Translations under genes and position numbers: made by a program
Shown here: piece after piece, positions 18,932 to 28,980 of the stretch
How the letters are laid out: each line of letters opens with the position of its first letter
Position numbering within the stretch: the stretch's first letter is position 1
The notes under the pieces: model-generated
What the model was told of the DNA's origin: nothing
What the model saw: the letters and a program-made list of their open reading frames with translations, nothing else
Database searches by the model: none
Assembly: GCA_019745555.1 (NCBI GenBank)
Contig: JAIESX010000013.1
Coordinates: forward strand, 13,359-77,358
DNA: 64,000 nucleotides
Reading direction: 5' to 3'
From: Burkholderiaceae bacterium
GTDB lineage: Bacteria; Pseudomonadota; Gammaproteobacteria; Burkholderiales; Burkholderiaceae_C

Positions 18932-20233
18932 TCAGGCCCCCGCTTTCTCGGCGGCCTTGAGGGCCCGCTTGAGGTCGTCGATCAGATCGTCCGGGTCTTC
19001 CAGACCGATGGACAGGCGTATCGTGCCCGGTCCGATACCGGCGCCGGCCAGGGCCTCGTCGCTCATGCGGAAGTGGGTGGTCGAGGCCGGGTGGATCACC
19101 AGGCTGCGGCAGTCGCCCACATTGGCCAGATGGCTGAAGAGCTTGAGTGTCTCGATGAACTTCCTGCCCTGTTCGCGGCTGCCCTTGAGATCGAAGCTGA
19201 AGACCGAGCCGGCGCCGCGCGGCAGCAGCTTCTGTGCCAGCTGGTGGCTGGGGTGGCTTTCCAGCAGCGGGTGGCCCACGCGCGAGACGAAGGGCTGGCT
19301 GGCGAGGAAGGCCACGACCTTCTCGGTGTTGCTCATGTGGCGCGCCATGCGCAGCGGCAGGGTCTCCAGACCCTGCAGGATCAGCCAGGCTGTGTGCGGG
19401 CTCATGCAGGCGCCGAAGTCGCGCAGGCCCTCACGGCGCGCGCGCAGCAGGAAGGCGCCGATGGTCGACTCCTCGGTGAAGACCATGTGGTGGAAACCCT
19501 CGTAGGGCGCGGCCAGTTCAGGAAATTTCCCCGAGGCTTCCCAGTCGAAGCTGCCGCCGTCCACCACCACGCCGCCGATCACCGTGCCGTGGCCGCTGAG
19601 GAACTTGGTCGCCGAGTGGTAGACCAGGTCGGCGCCGTGTTCGAAAGGTTTGATGAGCCAGGGCGAGGTGAGGGTGGAGTCCACCAGCAGGGGCACGCCG
19701 GACTCGTGGGCGATGGCGCTCACAGCCGGGATGTCCAGCACGTCCAGGCCCGGGTTGCCCACGGTTTCGCCGAAGAAGAGCTTGGTGTCGGGCCGCACCG
19801 CGGCGCGCCAGCCGTCCAGGTCCCCGGGTTTGACGAAGGTCGTCTCGATGCCGAAGCGGCGCAGGGTGTAGTGCAGCAGGTTCTGGCTGCCGCCGTAGAG
19901 CGCCGTGCTGGCCACGATGTGCGAACCCGCGCCCATGAGGGTGGCGATGCTCAGGTGCAGGGCGGCCTGGCCGCTGGCGACCGCGATGGCACCGATGCCG
20001 CCTTCGAGTGCGGCCATGCGCTGCTCGAAGACCGCGTTGGTGGGGTTGGAGATGCGGCTGTAGACATGGCCGGCGCGCTCGAGGTTGAACAGCGAGGCCG
20101 CGTGCTCGCTGGACTCGAAGACGAAGGAGGTCGTGAGGTGGATGGGCACGGCGCGCGCACCGGTGGCGGGGTCGGGCGCGGCCCCGGCGTGCAGGGCCAG
20201 GGTGTCGAAGCCGGGGTCGGAATAGCCGGGCAT
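18932..20233 (-). CDS. metY: O-acetylhomoserine aminocarboxypropyltransferase (MetY/Cys-Met PLP enzyme)
   Basis: FDTLALHAG, YSRISNPT, HSATKFLSGHG (PLP lysine), LANVGD..SLVIHPASTTH, RLSIGLED. Confidence 0.88.
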   Translation of the reverse strand: MPGYSDPGFDTLALHAGAAPDPATGARAVPIHLTTSFVFESSEHAASLFNLERAGHVYSRISNPTNAVFEQRMAALEGGIGAIAVASGQAALHLSIATLMGAGSHIVASTALYGGSQNLLHYTLRRFGIETTFVKPGDLDGWRAAVRPDTKLFFGETVGNPGLDVLDIPAVSAIAHESGVPLLVDSTLTSPWLIKPFEHGADLVYHSATKFLSGHGTVIGGVVVDGGSFDWEASGKFPELAAPYEGFHHMVFTEESTIGAFLLRARREGLRDFGACMSPHTAWLILQGLETLPLRMARHMSNTEKVVAFLASQPFVSRVGHPLLESHPSHQLAQKLLPRGAGSVFSFDLKGSREQGRKFIETLKLFSHLANVGDCRSLVIHPASTTHFRMSDEALAGAGIGPGTIRLSIGLEDPDDLIDDLKRALKAAEKAGA

Positions 20234-20357
20234 GGTGGTCTCCGTTGTCCTTGTGTGTGCGGGCGCGACAGCTGTCGCAAGCCCTCTTGACCCATGGCGG
20301 GTTTACGTCTTATTGTGGGCTATATTCGACTCCAGAACGAGTCACGAGGAGCACACC

Positions 20358-20816
20358 ATGAAAGTCAGCGACATCCTGCGCGTCAAGGGCAACACCCTCT
20401 ACACCATCACCCCCGAAGAACCGCTGGCCAAGGCGCTGGACGTGATGTCGGAAAAGGACATCGGCTCTCTGGTGGTCATGGACCATGGCAATCTCGTGGG
20501 CATGCTGACCTTCCGCGAGGTGATCCAGCAGGTGGTCAAGAACAAGGGCAGTGTGGGCGCCTCGGTCGTGCGCGCGGCCATGGACGGCGCGCCGCTGACC
20601 TGCAGCATGGAGACCGAGCTCGACGAGGTGCGTCGCATGATGCTGGAACGCCACGCGCGTTACATGCCGGTGATCGACAACAAGGTGCTCATGGGCGTCA
20701 TCAGCTTCTACGACGTGGCCAAGGCCGTGGTCGATGCGCAGAACTTCGAGAACAAGATGCTCAAGGCCTATATCCGCGACTGGCCGGAGGATGATGTTCC
20801 GGATTCGAAGTTCTGA
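20358..20816 (+). CDS. CBS domain protein
   Basis: Tandem CBS pair (IGSLVV..LVGMLT, RYMPV..LMGVIS..DV). RBS gaggag. Confidence 0.9.
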   Translation: MKVSDILRVKGNTLYTITPEEPLAKALDVMSEKDIGSLVVMDHGNLVGMLTFREVIQQVVKNKGSVGASVVRAAMDGAPLTCSMETELDEVRRMMLERHARYMPVIDNKVLMGVISFYDVAKAVVDAQNFENKMLKAYIRDWPEDDVPDSKF

Positions 20817-20846
20817 TTCTTCTTTTCTGGAAGTACCCGTGATCGT

Positions 20847-21368
20847 GTGGCAAGCCGGGTCTCGGCCCGGCGGCCGACTTACTTTTCTTGTCTCGCCAAG
20901 AAAAGTAAGCAAAAGAAGGCGACCCTGGTGTCTGTGCCCCCGGCTGTGCCGGGGCAACCTACGATGCTCGCGCCAGGCGGGAGCCGCGCAAACTCGCTAC
21001 GCTCAAACATGCGCGTCTCTTGATCCGCCTGCCGCTGCGCTTCTCGGCACAGACACAAGGGCGAGGAAAACCGAACAGCCGAACCCCACAAGGACGCGCC
21101 ATGGCGCGTCCTTTTTGTCTTTGGGCTTGGTATTTGGTTTCCCCCACCGTCATGAGGAGGCGAGTAGCGCAGGGCTGAGCGGAGAAAGGGGCGCGCATGT
21201 TTGAGCCCGCAGGGCGAGTTTGCGCGCACCCCGCTCAGACCGAGCAACGCAGCGTGCCCGGAGCGCAGCGCAGGGCCGACGAGTCCGGCTCGCCTTTTCT
21301 TTGGGTACTTTCTTTTGGCGAGGCAAAAGAAAGTACCTCGCCCGCCGGGGCGAGACCCGGCTAGCCAC
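20847..21368. repeat. MITE/REPIN-like non-coding element, copy 2
   Basis: Terminal inverted repeats gtggcaagccgggtctcg / cgagacccggctagccac. Homologous to 5722-6309. Confidence 0.85.
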
Positions 21369-21545
21369 GTGAACATGGGTATATCTAGAAACCAAACCCG
21401 TTCAGCCTATGCTCGCGTCCAATAGCTCCTGTACCCGCGGGTAAATCAGAGCTGGTTCCTCTGCCGTCCGATGAACACCCCGTCGTTCCTCACACCGGTC
21501 TGCATGTGGTGAGTCGTCCAGAGGTCCTGGGAGATAATCCAAGGC

Positions 21546-22640
21546 ATGAGCGGCAACACCTTCGGACACCTCTTCACGGTCACCAACTTCGGTGAATCCC
21601 ACGGCCCGGCCATCGGCTGCGTGATCGACGGCTGCCCGCCCGGCATGGTGCTGTCCGAGGCCGATATCCAGGCCGAGCTCGACCGCCGCCGCCCCGGCAC
21701 CTCCAAATTCGTCACCCAGCGCAATGAGCCCGATGCGGTGGAGATCCTCTCCGGCGTCTACGAGGGCCGGACCACGGGCACGCCCATCGCGCTGCTGATC
21801 CGCAACACCGACCAGCGCAGCAAGGACTACGGCCAGATCCTGCAGACTTTTCGCCCCGGCCATGCCGACTACACCTACTGGCGCAAGTACGGGCTGCGCG
21901 ACCCGCGTGGTGGCGGCCGTTCCTCGGCCCGCCTGACCGCGCCCACGGTGGCCGCGGGGGCCGTGGCCAAGAAGTGGCTGAAGGAAAAGTACGGCACCGA
22001 ATTTCGCGGCTGCATGACGCAGATCGGCGAGGTCACCATTCCCTTCGAGTCCTGGAGCCACGTGCCGAACAACCCCTTCTTCGCCCCGGTGGCTGATGTG
22101 TCCGCATTGGAAAACTATATGGAGACGCTGCGCAAGTCCGGCGACTCCTGCGGCGCACGCCTGCGCGTGACGGCCACGAAAGTGCCCGTGGGCCTGGGCG
22201 AACCGCTCTATGACAAGCTCGATGCCGACATCGCCTACGCCATGATGGGCCTGAACGCCGTCAAGGGCGTGGAACTCGGTGCCGGTTTCGCCGCCGTGAC
22301 CGACAAGGGCAGCACCCATGGCGACAGCCTCACGCCGAACGGCTTTGTGGGCAACAAGGCTGGTGGCGTGCTGGGCGGCATCAGCACCGGCCAGGACATC
22401 GAGGTGTCGATCGCCATCAAGCCCACGAGCTCCATCCTGATCCCGCGCGAATCGATTACCACCGAGGGCCAGGCCACCGAGCTCATCACCAAGGGCCGCC
22501 ATGACCCCTGCGTGGGTATCCGTGCCACGCCGATCGCCGAGGCCCTGCTGGCCCTGGTGCTCATGGACCACGCGCTGCGGCACCGCGCCCAGTGCGGTGA
22601 CGTGCAGCTGCCCGTGCCGCCGATCCCCGGCAGCGTCTGA
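21546..22640 (+). CDS. aroC: Chorismate synthase
   Basis: [25 protein letters not shown] and GRHDPCV motifs. Confidence 0.97.
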   Translation: MSGNTFGHLFTVTNFGESHGPAIGCVIDGCPPGMVLSEADIQAELDRRRPGTSKFVTQRNEPDAVEILSGVYEGRTTGTPIALLIRNTDQRSKDYGQILQTFRPGHADYTYWRKYGLRDPRGGGRSSARLTAPTVAAGAVAKKWLKEKYGTEFRGCMTQIGEVTIPFESWSHVPNNPFFAPVADVSALENYMETLRKSGDSCGARLRVTATKVPVGLGEPLYDKLDADIAYAMMGLNAVKGVELGAGFAAVTDKGSTHGDSLTPNGFVGNKAGGVLGGISTGQDIEVSIAIKPTSSILIPRESITTEGQATELITKGRHDPCVGIRATPIAEALLALVLMDHALRHRAQCGDVQLPVPPIPGSV

Positions 22641-22642
22641 AT

Positions 22643-23386
22643 ATGAAGGCGATGAGCGAGGCCGAGCGCGCTACGCGCGTCGATCTGGCCGCGGCCTACC
22701 GTCTGGCCGCGCTCAACGGCTGGGACGACACCATCTACACCCACATCTCGGCCGCCGTACCGGGCGAGGAGGGGGCCTACCTCATCAATCCCTACGGCCT
22801 GCTGTTCAGCGAGGTCACGGCGTCCAACCTGGTCAAGGTGGACACCCAGGGTCGCAAGCTCGATGACTCGCCGCACGCGGTCAACCCCACGGGCTTTGCC
22901 ATCCACGGCACCATCCATGCCGCCCGCCAGAGTGCGCGCTGCGTGCTGCACCTGCACACCGAATGGGGACTGGCCCTGGCCATGGTGCCCGGCGGCCTGC
23001 TGCCGACCACGCAGCACGCCATGCGCCTGCACCAGCGCCTCGGCCGCCACGCCTACGAAGGCCTGGCGCTGGGCGAGGCCGAGGGCCGGCGCCTCGTGGC
23101 CAACCTCGGCGAACTCGACGGTCTGATCCTCGAGAACCACGGCACGCTCACCGTGGGGCGCACCGTGGCCGAGGCCTATTTGCTCATGCACCATCTGGAG
23201 CGCGCCGCGCGGGCCCAGCTGCGCGCCATGGCAGCCACCGGCGGCCGCGTGCTCGTGGCCAGCGAGGAAGTCGCCGCCCGCACCTACGCCCAGTGGGTCG
23301 GCGACGGCAGTGAGCGCGACGGCGATGCCGAATGGCCCGCGCTGCTGCGCCGGCTCGACCAGATGGATCCGTCCTACCGTAACTGA
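22643..23386 (+). CDS. Class II aldolase/adducin family protein
   Basis: THIS, INPYGLLFSEVTASNLVKVD, IH..IH, HLHT and LENHG motifs. Confidence 0.9.
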   Translation: MKAMSEAERATRVDLAAAYRLAALNGWDDTIYTHISAAVPGEEGAYLINPYGLLFSEVTASNLVKVDTQGRKLDDSPHAVNPTGFAIHGTIHAARQSARCVLHLHTEWGLALAMVPGGLLPTTQHAMRLHQRLGRHAYEGLALGEAEGRRLVANLGELDGLILENHGTLTVGRTVAEAYLLMHHLERAARAQLRAMAATGGRVLVASEEVAARTYAQWVGDGSERDGDAEWPALLRRLDQMDPSYRN

Positions 23387-23400
23387 AGAGGAGTCACACC

Positions 23401-23589
23401 ATGCCCACCATCCGCGTCGACATGTTCGAAGGCCGCACCCCCGAGCAGAAGAGGGAATTCGTCAAGGCCATCACCGAGGCCACCGTCAAGACCCTGGGCA
23501 GCTCGCCCGAGGCTGTGGACGTGATCATCACCGACATCAAGAAGTCGGACTGGGCCACGGGCGGCGTGCTCTGGAGCGAGAAAAAGTAG
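23401..23589 (+). CDS. 4-oxalocrotonate tautomerase family protein
   Basis: N-terminal Pro, GRTPEQKR, W..GG, 62 aa. Confidence 0.9.
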   Translation: MPTIRVDMFEGRTPEQKREFVKAITEATVKTLGSSPEAVDVIITDIKKSDWATGGVLWSEKK

Positions 23590-23596
23590 GTCCGCC

Positions 23597-24769
23597 ATGT
23601 CGGTCGCGCGCCGGCAGCTGCTGCCTTTCTCGGCCCTGTCGGCCAGCTACTTCGCGCACATCGGCTTCTTCAACCCTTATCTGCCGCTCTGGCTCAAGGA
23701 TCTGGGCTACAGCCTGATGACCCTGAGCCTGCTGATGATCGTGCCGCCGGCCACGCGCCTGGTCGGTCCGCTCGCCTGGGGCTGGCTCAGTGACCACACG
23801 GGTGAGCGCGTCAAGCTGCTGCGCTATGCGTCCACCGCGGCGCTCGTGATCTCGCTGGGCCTTTGGATCGATGGCGGTACGGCCTGGCTGGCGCTGGTGC
23901 TCTTCCTCGTCTTCCTGCACACCAGCGCCATGATGCCCATGAGCGAGGCCGCGCTCGCGCACCTCGTGAGCGCGGGCGGTGCTTTTGACGCGAAACGCTA
24001 CGGTCGTGTGCGGCTCTGGGGCTCACTGGGCTTTCTCGTGACGGTTTTCTTGGCCGGGGCCTGGTTCGAATGGCGCGGCCTCGGGGACTTCCCGGCCTGG
24101 ACTGTGTGCTCCCTGGCCGTGGTCACGGCCAGCGCCTGGTGGCTGCCCGATCTCAAGGAAGAGCAGCTGACCCATGCGCCCCGACCGTCCCTGTGGCCGG
24201 TGCTGCGCCAGCGCACCATGCAGTGGTTCTTTGCCTCGGCCCTTTTCCATGTGCTGGCGCACATGGGCATGTACATCTACCTCTCCCTGCACCTCGACGC
24301 CCTGGGTTATGGCAAGGACGCGATCGGTCTGATGTGGGGCATCTCGGTGATCGTGGAGATCGGCTGGTTCTACACCCAGGGCCGCTGGCTGCCGCTGCTC
24401 AGCCTGCCAGCCTGGCTGCTGCTGTGTGCACTGCTCACCGCCCTGCGCATGGCCATGACGGCGGAGTGGGCGGCCTGGTGGCTGGTGCTGCTGGGCGCGC
24501 AGTGTCTGCACGCCTTCACCTTCGCCACACACCACTCCGTCTGCACCGCGCTGCTCTCGCACCATTTCCCGGGGCGCTTGCGTGGCCGCGGCCAGGCGAT
24601 CTACGTCACGCTGGCCTATGGCGTGCCCGGCGTGCTGGGCGGGCTGGTGGGTGGCGTCATCAGCAGCCGGCTGGGCCTGTCGGCGGTGTTCTGGGCCTGC
24701 TCTGCGTGTGCGCTGCTGGCGGCTTTCTGTGCCTGGCGCGTCTGGCGCCTGTTATCCCGCCCAGTCTGA
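23597..24769 (+). CDS. MFS transporter (HcaT/MFS_1-like)
   Basis: PYLPLWL and YGRVRLWGSLGF motifs, about 12 TM helices. Confidence 0.85.
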   Translation: MSVARRQLLPFSALSASYFAHIGFFNPYLPLWLKDLGYSLMTLSLLMIVPPATRLVGPLAWGWLSDHTGERVKLLRYASTAALVISLGLWIDGGTAWLALVLFLVFLHTSAMMPMSEAALAHLVSAGGAFDAKRYGRVRLWGSLGFLVTVFLAGAWFEWRGLGDFPAWTVCSLAVVTASAWWLPDLKEEQLTHAPRPSLWPVLRQRTMQWFFASALFHVLAHMGMYIYLSLHLDALGYGKDAIGLMWGISVIVEIGWFYTQGRWLPLLSLPAWLLLCALLTALRMAMTAEWAAWWLVLLGAQCLHAFTFATHHSVCTALLSHHFPGRLRGRGQAIYVTLAYGVPGVLGGLVGGVISSRLGLSAVFWACSACALLAAFCAWRVWRLLSRPV

Positions 24770-25327
24770 AAGCCGGGGGCCGGCATCGTCCGGCTCGCGT
24801 GCTTCCAGCGCGCGCGTGGGTGTGCCGATGCAGGTGAAACCCACGAGCTGCTCCCCTTCCTCGCAGAAGGCCCGTACCAGGGAAGGATGCTGGCACTTGC
24901 GGCCGCTGAGGATTTTGGCGCCGTAGCCTAGGGCATGCACGGCGTTCATGAAGTTGCCCATGGCCGCGCCCACGCAGATCCACTGCTCGTGCGACGGCAC
25001 CTTGTCCACGGCGGCGATGCGCACCACCCAGGCCACGAGTACCGGACCGTTGAAGGCACGTTCGCGTTCCGCGGCCACGTCCTCCTCGCTCTTGCCGTCC
25101 TCGCGCGCGAACTGCTCGAACAGGTCCGCCAGGGCCGGGCGCTGTGCCGTGCTGATCTGCACCAGGCGCCAGGGTTGCAGGCGGCCATGGTTGGGGCCGC
25201 GCAGCGCGGCCTGCACCGCCAGCTGGAGCTCGACCGCATCGGGGCCCGGTGCGACCATCCAGCGCGGGCCGAGCGAGTGGCGGCTCAGCAGGGCCTGCAG
25301 GGCCGGGGGCAGCGCGTCGGGATGCAT
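24752..25327 (-). CDS. Nitroreductase (YdjA-like)
   Basis: LLSRHS, P.HGRLQPWR and IGTP motifs. Confidence 0.85.
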   Translation of the reverse strand: MHPDALPPALQALLSRHSLGPRWMVAPGPDAVELQLAVQAALRGPNHGRLQPWRLVQISTAQRPALADLFEQFAREDGKSEEDVAAERERAFNGPVLVAWVVRIAAVDKVPSHEQWICVGAAMGNFMNAVHALGYGAKILSGRKCQHPSLVRAFCEEGEQLVGFTCIGTPTRALEAREPDDAGPRLSDWAG

Positions 25328-26613
25328 CAGAAGCGCAGCTTGTCGTGGATGTGGCGGGCCGCGGCCAGCAGCTTGTGGTCTTCGCCCATGCGGCCCACGA
25401 GCTGCAGGCCTACGGGCAGACCTTTGGCGTTGCGCATCAGGGGCAGGTGCACGGCGGGCAGGCCCAGCAGGGACCAGCTGCGGCAGAACAGCGGGTCGCC
25501 TGTGGCGGCCAGGCCCTCGGGGGCGGCGCCGGTGGTGCTGGGGGTGAGCAGCACGTCATGCCGCTCGAACAGCGCGTCGATGCGCAGGCGCCAGTCGGCC
25601 GTGCGCTGCAGGTTGGCGGCATGTTGCGCGCCACTGATGGCCATGCCCGTGTCCAGCAGGGTCTGCAGGGCCGGGCTCAGGGCTTCGCGGTGACGCAGGC
25701 GCTCGAAGCTCAGCGAGCGCGCCATCTCGTAGCTCATCACGTCCTTCTGCAGCTGGATCAGTTCACCGAAGTCCTGTACCAGGGCCTGATCCTGGCAGTG
25801 GTCGCTGTTTTTCGCCAGGGCCTGGGTGGCCTGCGCCCAGGCCTTCTGCATGTCGGCATCGGCCTCGGGCCAGGACGGGGAGGGGAAGAGACCGATGCGC
25901 AGCGCGCCGTGCAGATGGTTCTCCATCAGGCGCAGGTCGCCGGTGAGCACGGCACCCAGCAGGGCCGCGTCTTCCACACTGCGACCGAAGCCGCCGATGA
26001 CGTCCAGCGTGGGCGAGAGGCTCTTGACGCCGGCGTGGACCACGCGGCCCAGGCTGGGCTTGTAGCCGACCACACCGCAGTAGGCCGCGGGCCGGATGAT
26101 GGAGCCCGCGGTCTGCGTGCCCAGGGCCAGCGGCACCATGTGGTCGGCCACGGCCGCGGCCGAACCGCTGGACGAGCCACCGGGCGTGTGCAGGGCGTTG
26201 TGCGGGTTGACCGTGGGGCCGGGCGTGAAATAGGCGAACTCGGTGGTGACGGTCTTGCCCAGCACCACGGCGCCGGCCTCGCGGCACAGCGTCACGCTGG
26301 CGGCGTCGGCTGCGGGGCGGTGGTGGGCGTAGAGGGCCGAGCCGTAGGCCGTGGGCAGATCGGTGGTGTCGAACAGGTCCTTCACACCCAGCGGCAGGCC
26401 GTGCAGCGGCCCACGCACGGGACCGGCGTCGAGCGCGCGGGCCTGGGCCAGGGCCGAAACCGCATCCACATGGGTGAAGGCATGGATGTCGTCGTCGCGC
26501 GCGGCCACGCGCTCGAGGCAGGCGCGCACCAGGTCCTCGGCTTTGAGCTCGCGTCGCTGCAGCAGGGCTGCGGCCTGGGCGGCACCGAGTTCGTGGAGCT
26601 TGGGGCTGGGCAT
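25327..26613 (-). CDS. Amidase (amidase signature family)
   Basis: GPLHGLPLGVKD, TPGGSSSGSAAAVA and GTQTAGSIIRPA motifs. Confidence 0.92.
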   Translation of the reverse strand: MPSPKLHELGAAQAAALLQRRELKAEDLVRACLERVAARDDDIHAFTHVDAVSALAQARALDAGPVRGPLHGLPLGVKDLFDTTDLPTAYGSALYAHHRPAADAASVTLCREAGAVVLGKTVTTEFAYFTPGPTVNPHNALHTPGGSSSGSAAAVADHMVPLALGTQTAGSIIRPAAYCGVVGYKPSLGRVVHAGVKSLSPTLDVIGGFGRSVEDAALLGAVLTGDLRLMENHLHGALRIGLFPSPSWPEADADMQKAWAQATQALAKNSDHCQDQALVQDFGELIQLQKDVMSYEMARSLSFERLRHREALSPALQTLLDTGMAISGAQHAANLQRTADWRLRIDALFERHDVLLTPSTTGAAPEGLAATGDPLFCRSWSLLGLPAVHLPLMRNAKGLPVGLQLVGRMGEDHKLLAAARHIHDKLRF

Positions 26614-26690
26614 GGTATCTCCTGTGTTCTGGTCTGTCCCGATGGTAGCCCAATGGCACAATCGGCAGACCTTCGCAAGGGGAAACATGC

Positions 26691-27146
26691 ATGAAAACCG
26701 TCCTCGTCCTCAATGGCCCCAACCTCAACCTGCTCGGTACGCGCGAGCCGCAGGTCTATGGCTCGCAGACCCTGGCCGATGTACAGGCCCTGTGCGAACG
26801 TGCGGCCGCGGTCCACAACCTCAGGCTGGATTTCCGCCAGAGCAACCACGAGGGCGAGCTGGTGGACTGGATCCATGAGGCCGGCCGCGCGCAGGCCGCA
26901 GGCACGCTGGCCGGGGTGATTCTCAATGCCGGGGCCTACACGCACACCAGCATCGCGCTGCACGATGCGATCAAGGGGGCCGGTGTCACGCTGATCGAGC
27001 TGCACATCAGCAACGTCCATGCGCGCGAAGCCTTCCGGCACCAGTCCTATATCGCGCCGGTGGCCAAGGCTGTGATGGCCGGCTTCGGCGTCAACGGCTA
27101 TGCCCTGGCCATCGCCGGCCTGGCCCAGCTGGCGGAGCAGCGATGA
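26691..27146 (+). CDS. aroQ: Type II 3-dehydroquinate dehydratase
   Basis: LNGPNLNLLGTREP.VYG, QSNHEG and ELHISNVHAREAFRH motifs. Confidence 0.97.
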   Translation: MKTVLVLNGPNLNLLGTREPQVYGSQTLADVQALCERAAAVHNLRLDFRQSNHEGELVDWIHEAGRAQAAGTLAGVILNAGAYTHTSIALHDAIKGAGVTLIELHISNVHAREAFRHQSYIAPVAKAVMAGFGVNGYALAIAGLAQLAEQR

Positions 27147-28519
27147 GCCGCAAGGCACCCGAGCTGCTGGCGCCGGCCGGCTCGCTGGCCATGCTTGAGA
27201 CGGCGTTTGCCTTCGGCGCCGACGCAATCTACGCCGGCCAGCCGCGCTACTCGCTGCGCGTGCGCAACAACGCCTTCGGCAGCCTCGAGGTGCTCCAGGC
27301 CGGTATCGAGCGCGCGCATGCGCTGGGCCGCAAGTTCTTCCTGGTCTCCAACATCTTTCCGCACGGCAACAAGGTGCGGCACTACGTCAACAACATGGCG
27401 CCGGTGATCGCCCTTGGTCCGGACGCCATGATCATGTCCGACCCCGGCCTCATCATGCTGGTGCGCGAGCGCTGGCCCGAGATGGAAATCCACCTGTCAG
27501 TGCAGGCCAACACCGTCAACTCGGCGGCGGTGAAGTTCTGGAACAGCGTGGGGGTCAAGCGCATCATCCTCTCGCGCGAGCTCTCCCTGGACCAGGTGGC
27601 CGAGATCCGGCAGGATTGCCCGGATTCCGAGCTGGAGGTCTTCGTGCACGGCGCGCTGTGCATCGCCTACTCGGGCCGCTGCCTGCTTTCGGGCTATTTC
27701 AACCACCGCGACGCCAACCAGGGCAGCTGCACCAATGCCTGCCGCTGGGACTACAAGACCCACACCACCCAGGTCGATGCCAGCGGTGACGTGCTCACGC
27801 CTGCAACCGCGGGCGGCCACGCCTGTGGTTCGGGTGGCCAGACCCTGGACAAGGAGGCGCGCGATTCCATCGCCTATCTGCTGGAGGAGAGCAAGCGCCC
27901 CGGCGAGTTCATGCCCATCGAGGAAGACGAGCACGGCACCTATGTGATGAACTCCAGGGACCTGCGTGCCATCGAGCATGTGCAGCGCCTGGTCGAGATC
28001 GGCGTGGACTCGCTCAAGATCGAGGGGCGCACCAAGAGCCCCTACTATGTGGCGCGCACGGTGCAGAGCTACCGTCAGGCCATCGCTGACGCGGTGGCTG
28101 GCCGTGGCCTGGATCCGGCCCTCTTGGGCCAGCTCGAAGGCCTGGCCAACCGCGGCTACACCTCGGGCTTCTACCAGCGCCACACGCCCGAGGCCATGCA
28201 GAACTATCTGCAGGGCTATTCGGAATCCGGTCGCAGCCAGTACGTGGGCGACGTCGTGGCCTTCGATGCGGCGCGCGGCCTGGCCCAGGTGCGCGTCAGG
28301 AACAAGTTCTCTGTCGGCGACCGGCTGGAGCTGATCCAGCCGGCCGGCAATGAGGACTATGAGATCACGCGCATGGAGAACGCCGAAGGGCAGGCGGTGG
28401 ATGTTGCAGCCGGCGATGGTCACACCGTCTGGCTGCCACTGCCAGCGAGTGCGGTGGGGGCGTTCGTGGCGCGCTATCTGAACCTGGATGCCAGAGTTCC
28501 GCAGACCGCTGCCGCCTGA
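27143..28519 (+). CDS. trhP: U32 peptidase family tRNA hydroxylation protein (TrhP/YegQ)
   Basis: PELLAPAG, GADAIYAG.PRYSLR, HGALCIAYSGRC, C.NACRW, SLKIEGRTKS, C-terminal beta domain. Confidence 0.88.
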   Translation: MSRKAPELLAPAGSLAMLETAFAFGADAIYAGQPRYSLRVRNNAFGSLEVLQAGIERAHALGRKFFLVSNIFPHGNKVRHYVNNMAPVIALGPDAMIMSDPGLIMLVRERWPEMEIHLSVQANTVNSAAVKFWNSVGVKRIILSRELSLDQVAEIRQDCPDSELEVFVHGALCIAYSGRCLLSGYFNHRDANQGSCTNACRWDYKTHTTQVDASGDVLTPATAGGHACGSGGQTLDKEARDSIAYLLEESKRPGEFMPIEEDEHGTYVMNSRDLRAIEHVQRLVEIGVDSLKIEGRTKSPYYVARTVQSYRQAIADAVAGRGLDPALLGQLEGLANRGYTSGFYQRHTPEAMQNYLQGYSESGRSQYVGDVVAFDAARGLAQVRVRNKFSVGDRLELIQPAGNEDYEITRMENAEGQAVDVAAGDGHTVWLPLPASAVGAFVARYLNLDARVPQTAAA

Positions 28520-28522
28520 GAG

Positions 28523-28942
28523 GTGCCGCCCGTGTCACAGGTTCCGCTGCAGGTTGACGAAGCCGAGGTGCAAATCAGCGCCATCCGCGCCCAGGGGGCC
28601 GGAGGGCAGAACGTCAACAAGGTGTCCAGTGCCGTGCACCTGCGCTTCGATATCCCGGCTTCGTCGCTGCCCGAGGATGTCAAGGAACGTCTGCTGGCCT
28701 TGCGCGACAGCCGCATCACACAGCAAGGCGTGCTGGTCCTCAAGGCCCAGCAGCACCGCAGCCAGGACCTGAACCGGCTCGACGCATACGCCCGCCTGCA
28801 CGAGCTGGTCAACAGCGTCGCCCGCGCGCCCAGAACGCGTCGCGCGACCCAACCCACCTATGGCTCGCGTCAGCGGCGGCTGGAAGGCAAGAGCCAGCGC
28901 TCCGAGACCAAGGCATTGCGCGGGCGGGTTCGGACCGATTAG
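28523..28942 (+). CDS. arfB: Alternative ribosome rescue peptidyl-tRNA hydrolase
   Basis: GAGGQNVNKVSSAV (GGQ motif) and a basic C-terminal tail. Confidence 0.93.
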   Translation: MPPVSQVPLQVDEAEVQISAIRAQGAGGQNVNKVSSAVHLRFDIPASSLPEDVKERLLALRDSRITQQGVLVLKAQQHRSQDLNRLDAYARLHELVNSVARAPRTRRATQPTYGSRQRRLEGKSQRSETKALRGRVRTD

Positions 28943-28980
28943 AAGTCTCGTGCAGGCACGGTTTTTTCGTATCGCCTAGG

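Noticed and set aside
5722-21368. Possible CRISPR array or composite transposon bounded by the two long repeats
   Set aside because: No regularly spaced direct repeats with unique spacers, no cas genes, no transposase, and no target-site duplication seen. The enclosed genes include ordinary chromosomal genes.
28955-28972. Sigma-54-like GGCACG upstream of the DsbA-family gene, and a similar TGGCAC near 26654
   Set aside because: Both lack the GC dinucleotide at the required 10-nt spacing.
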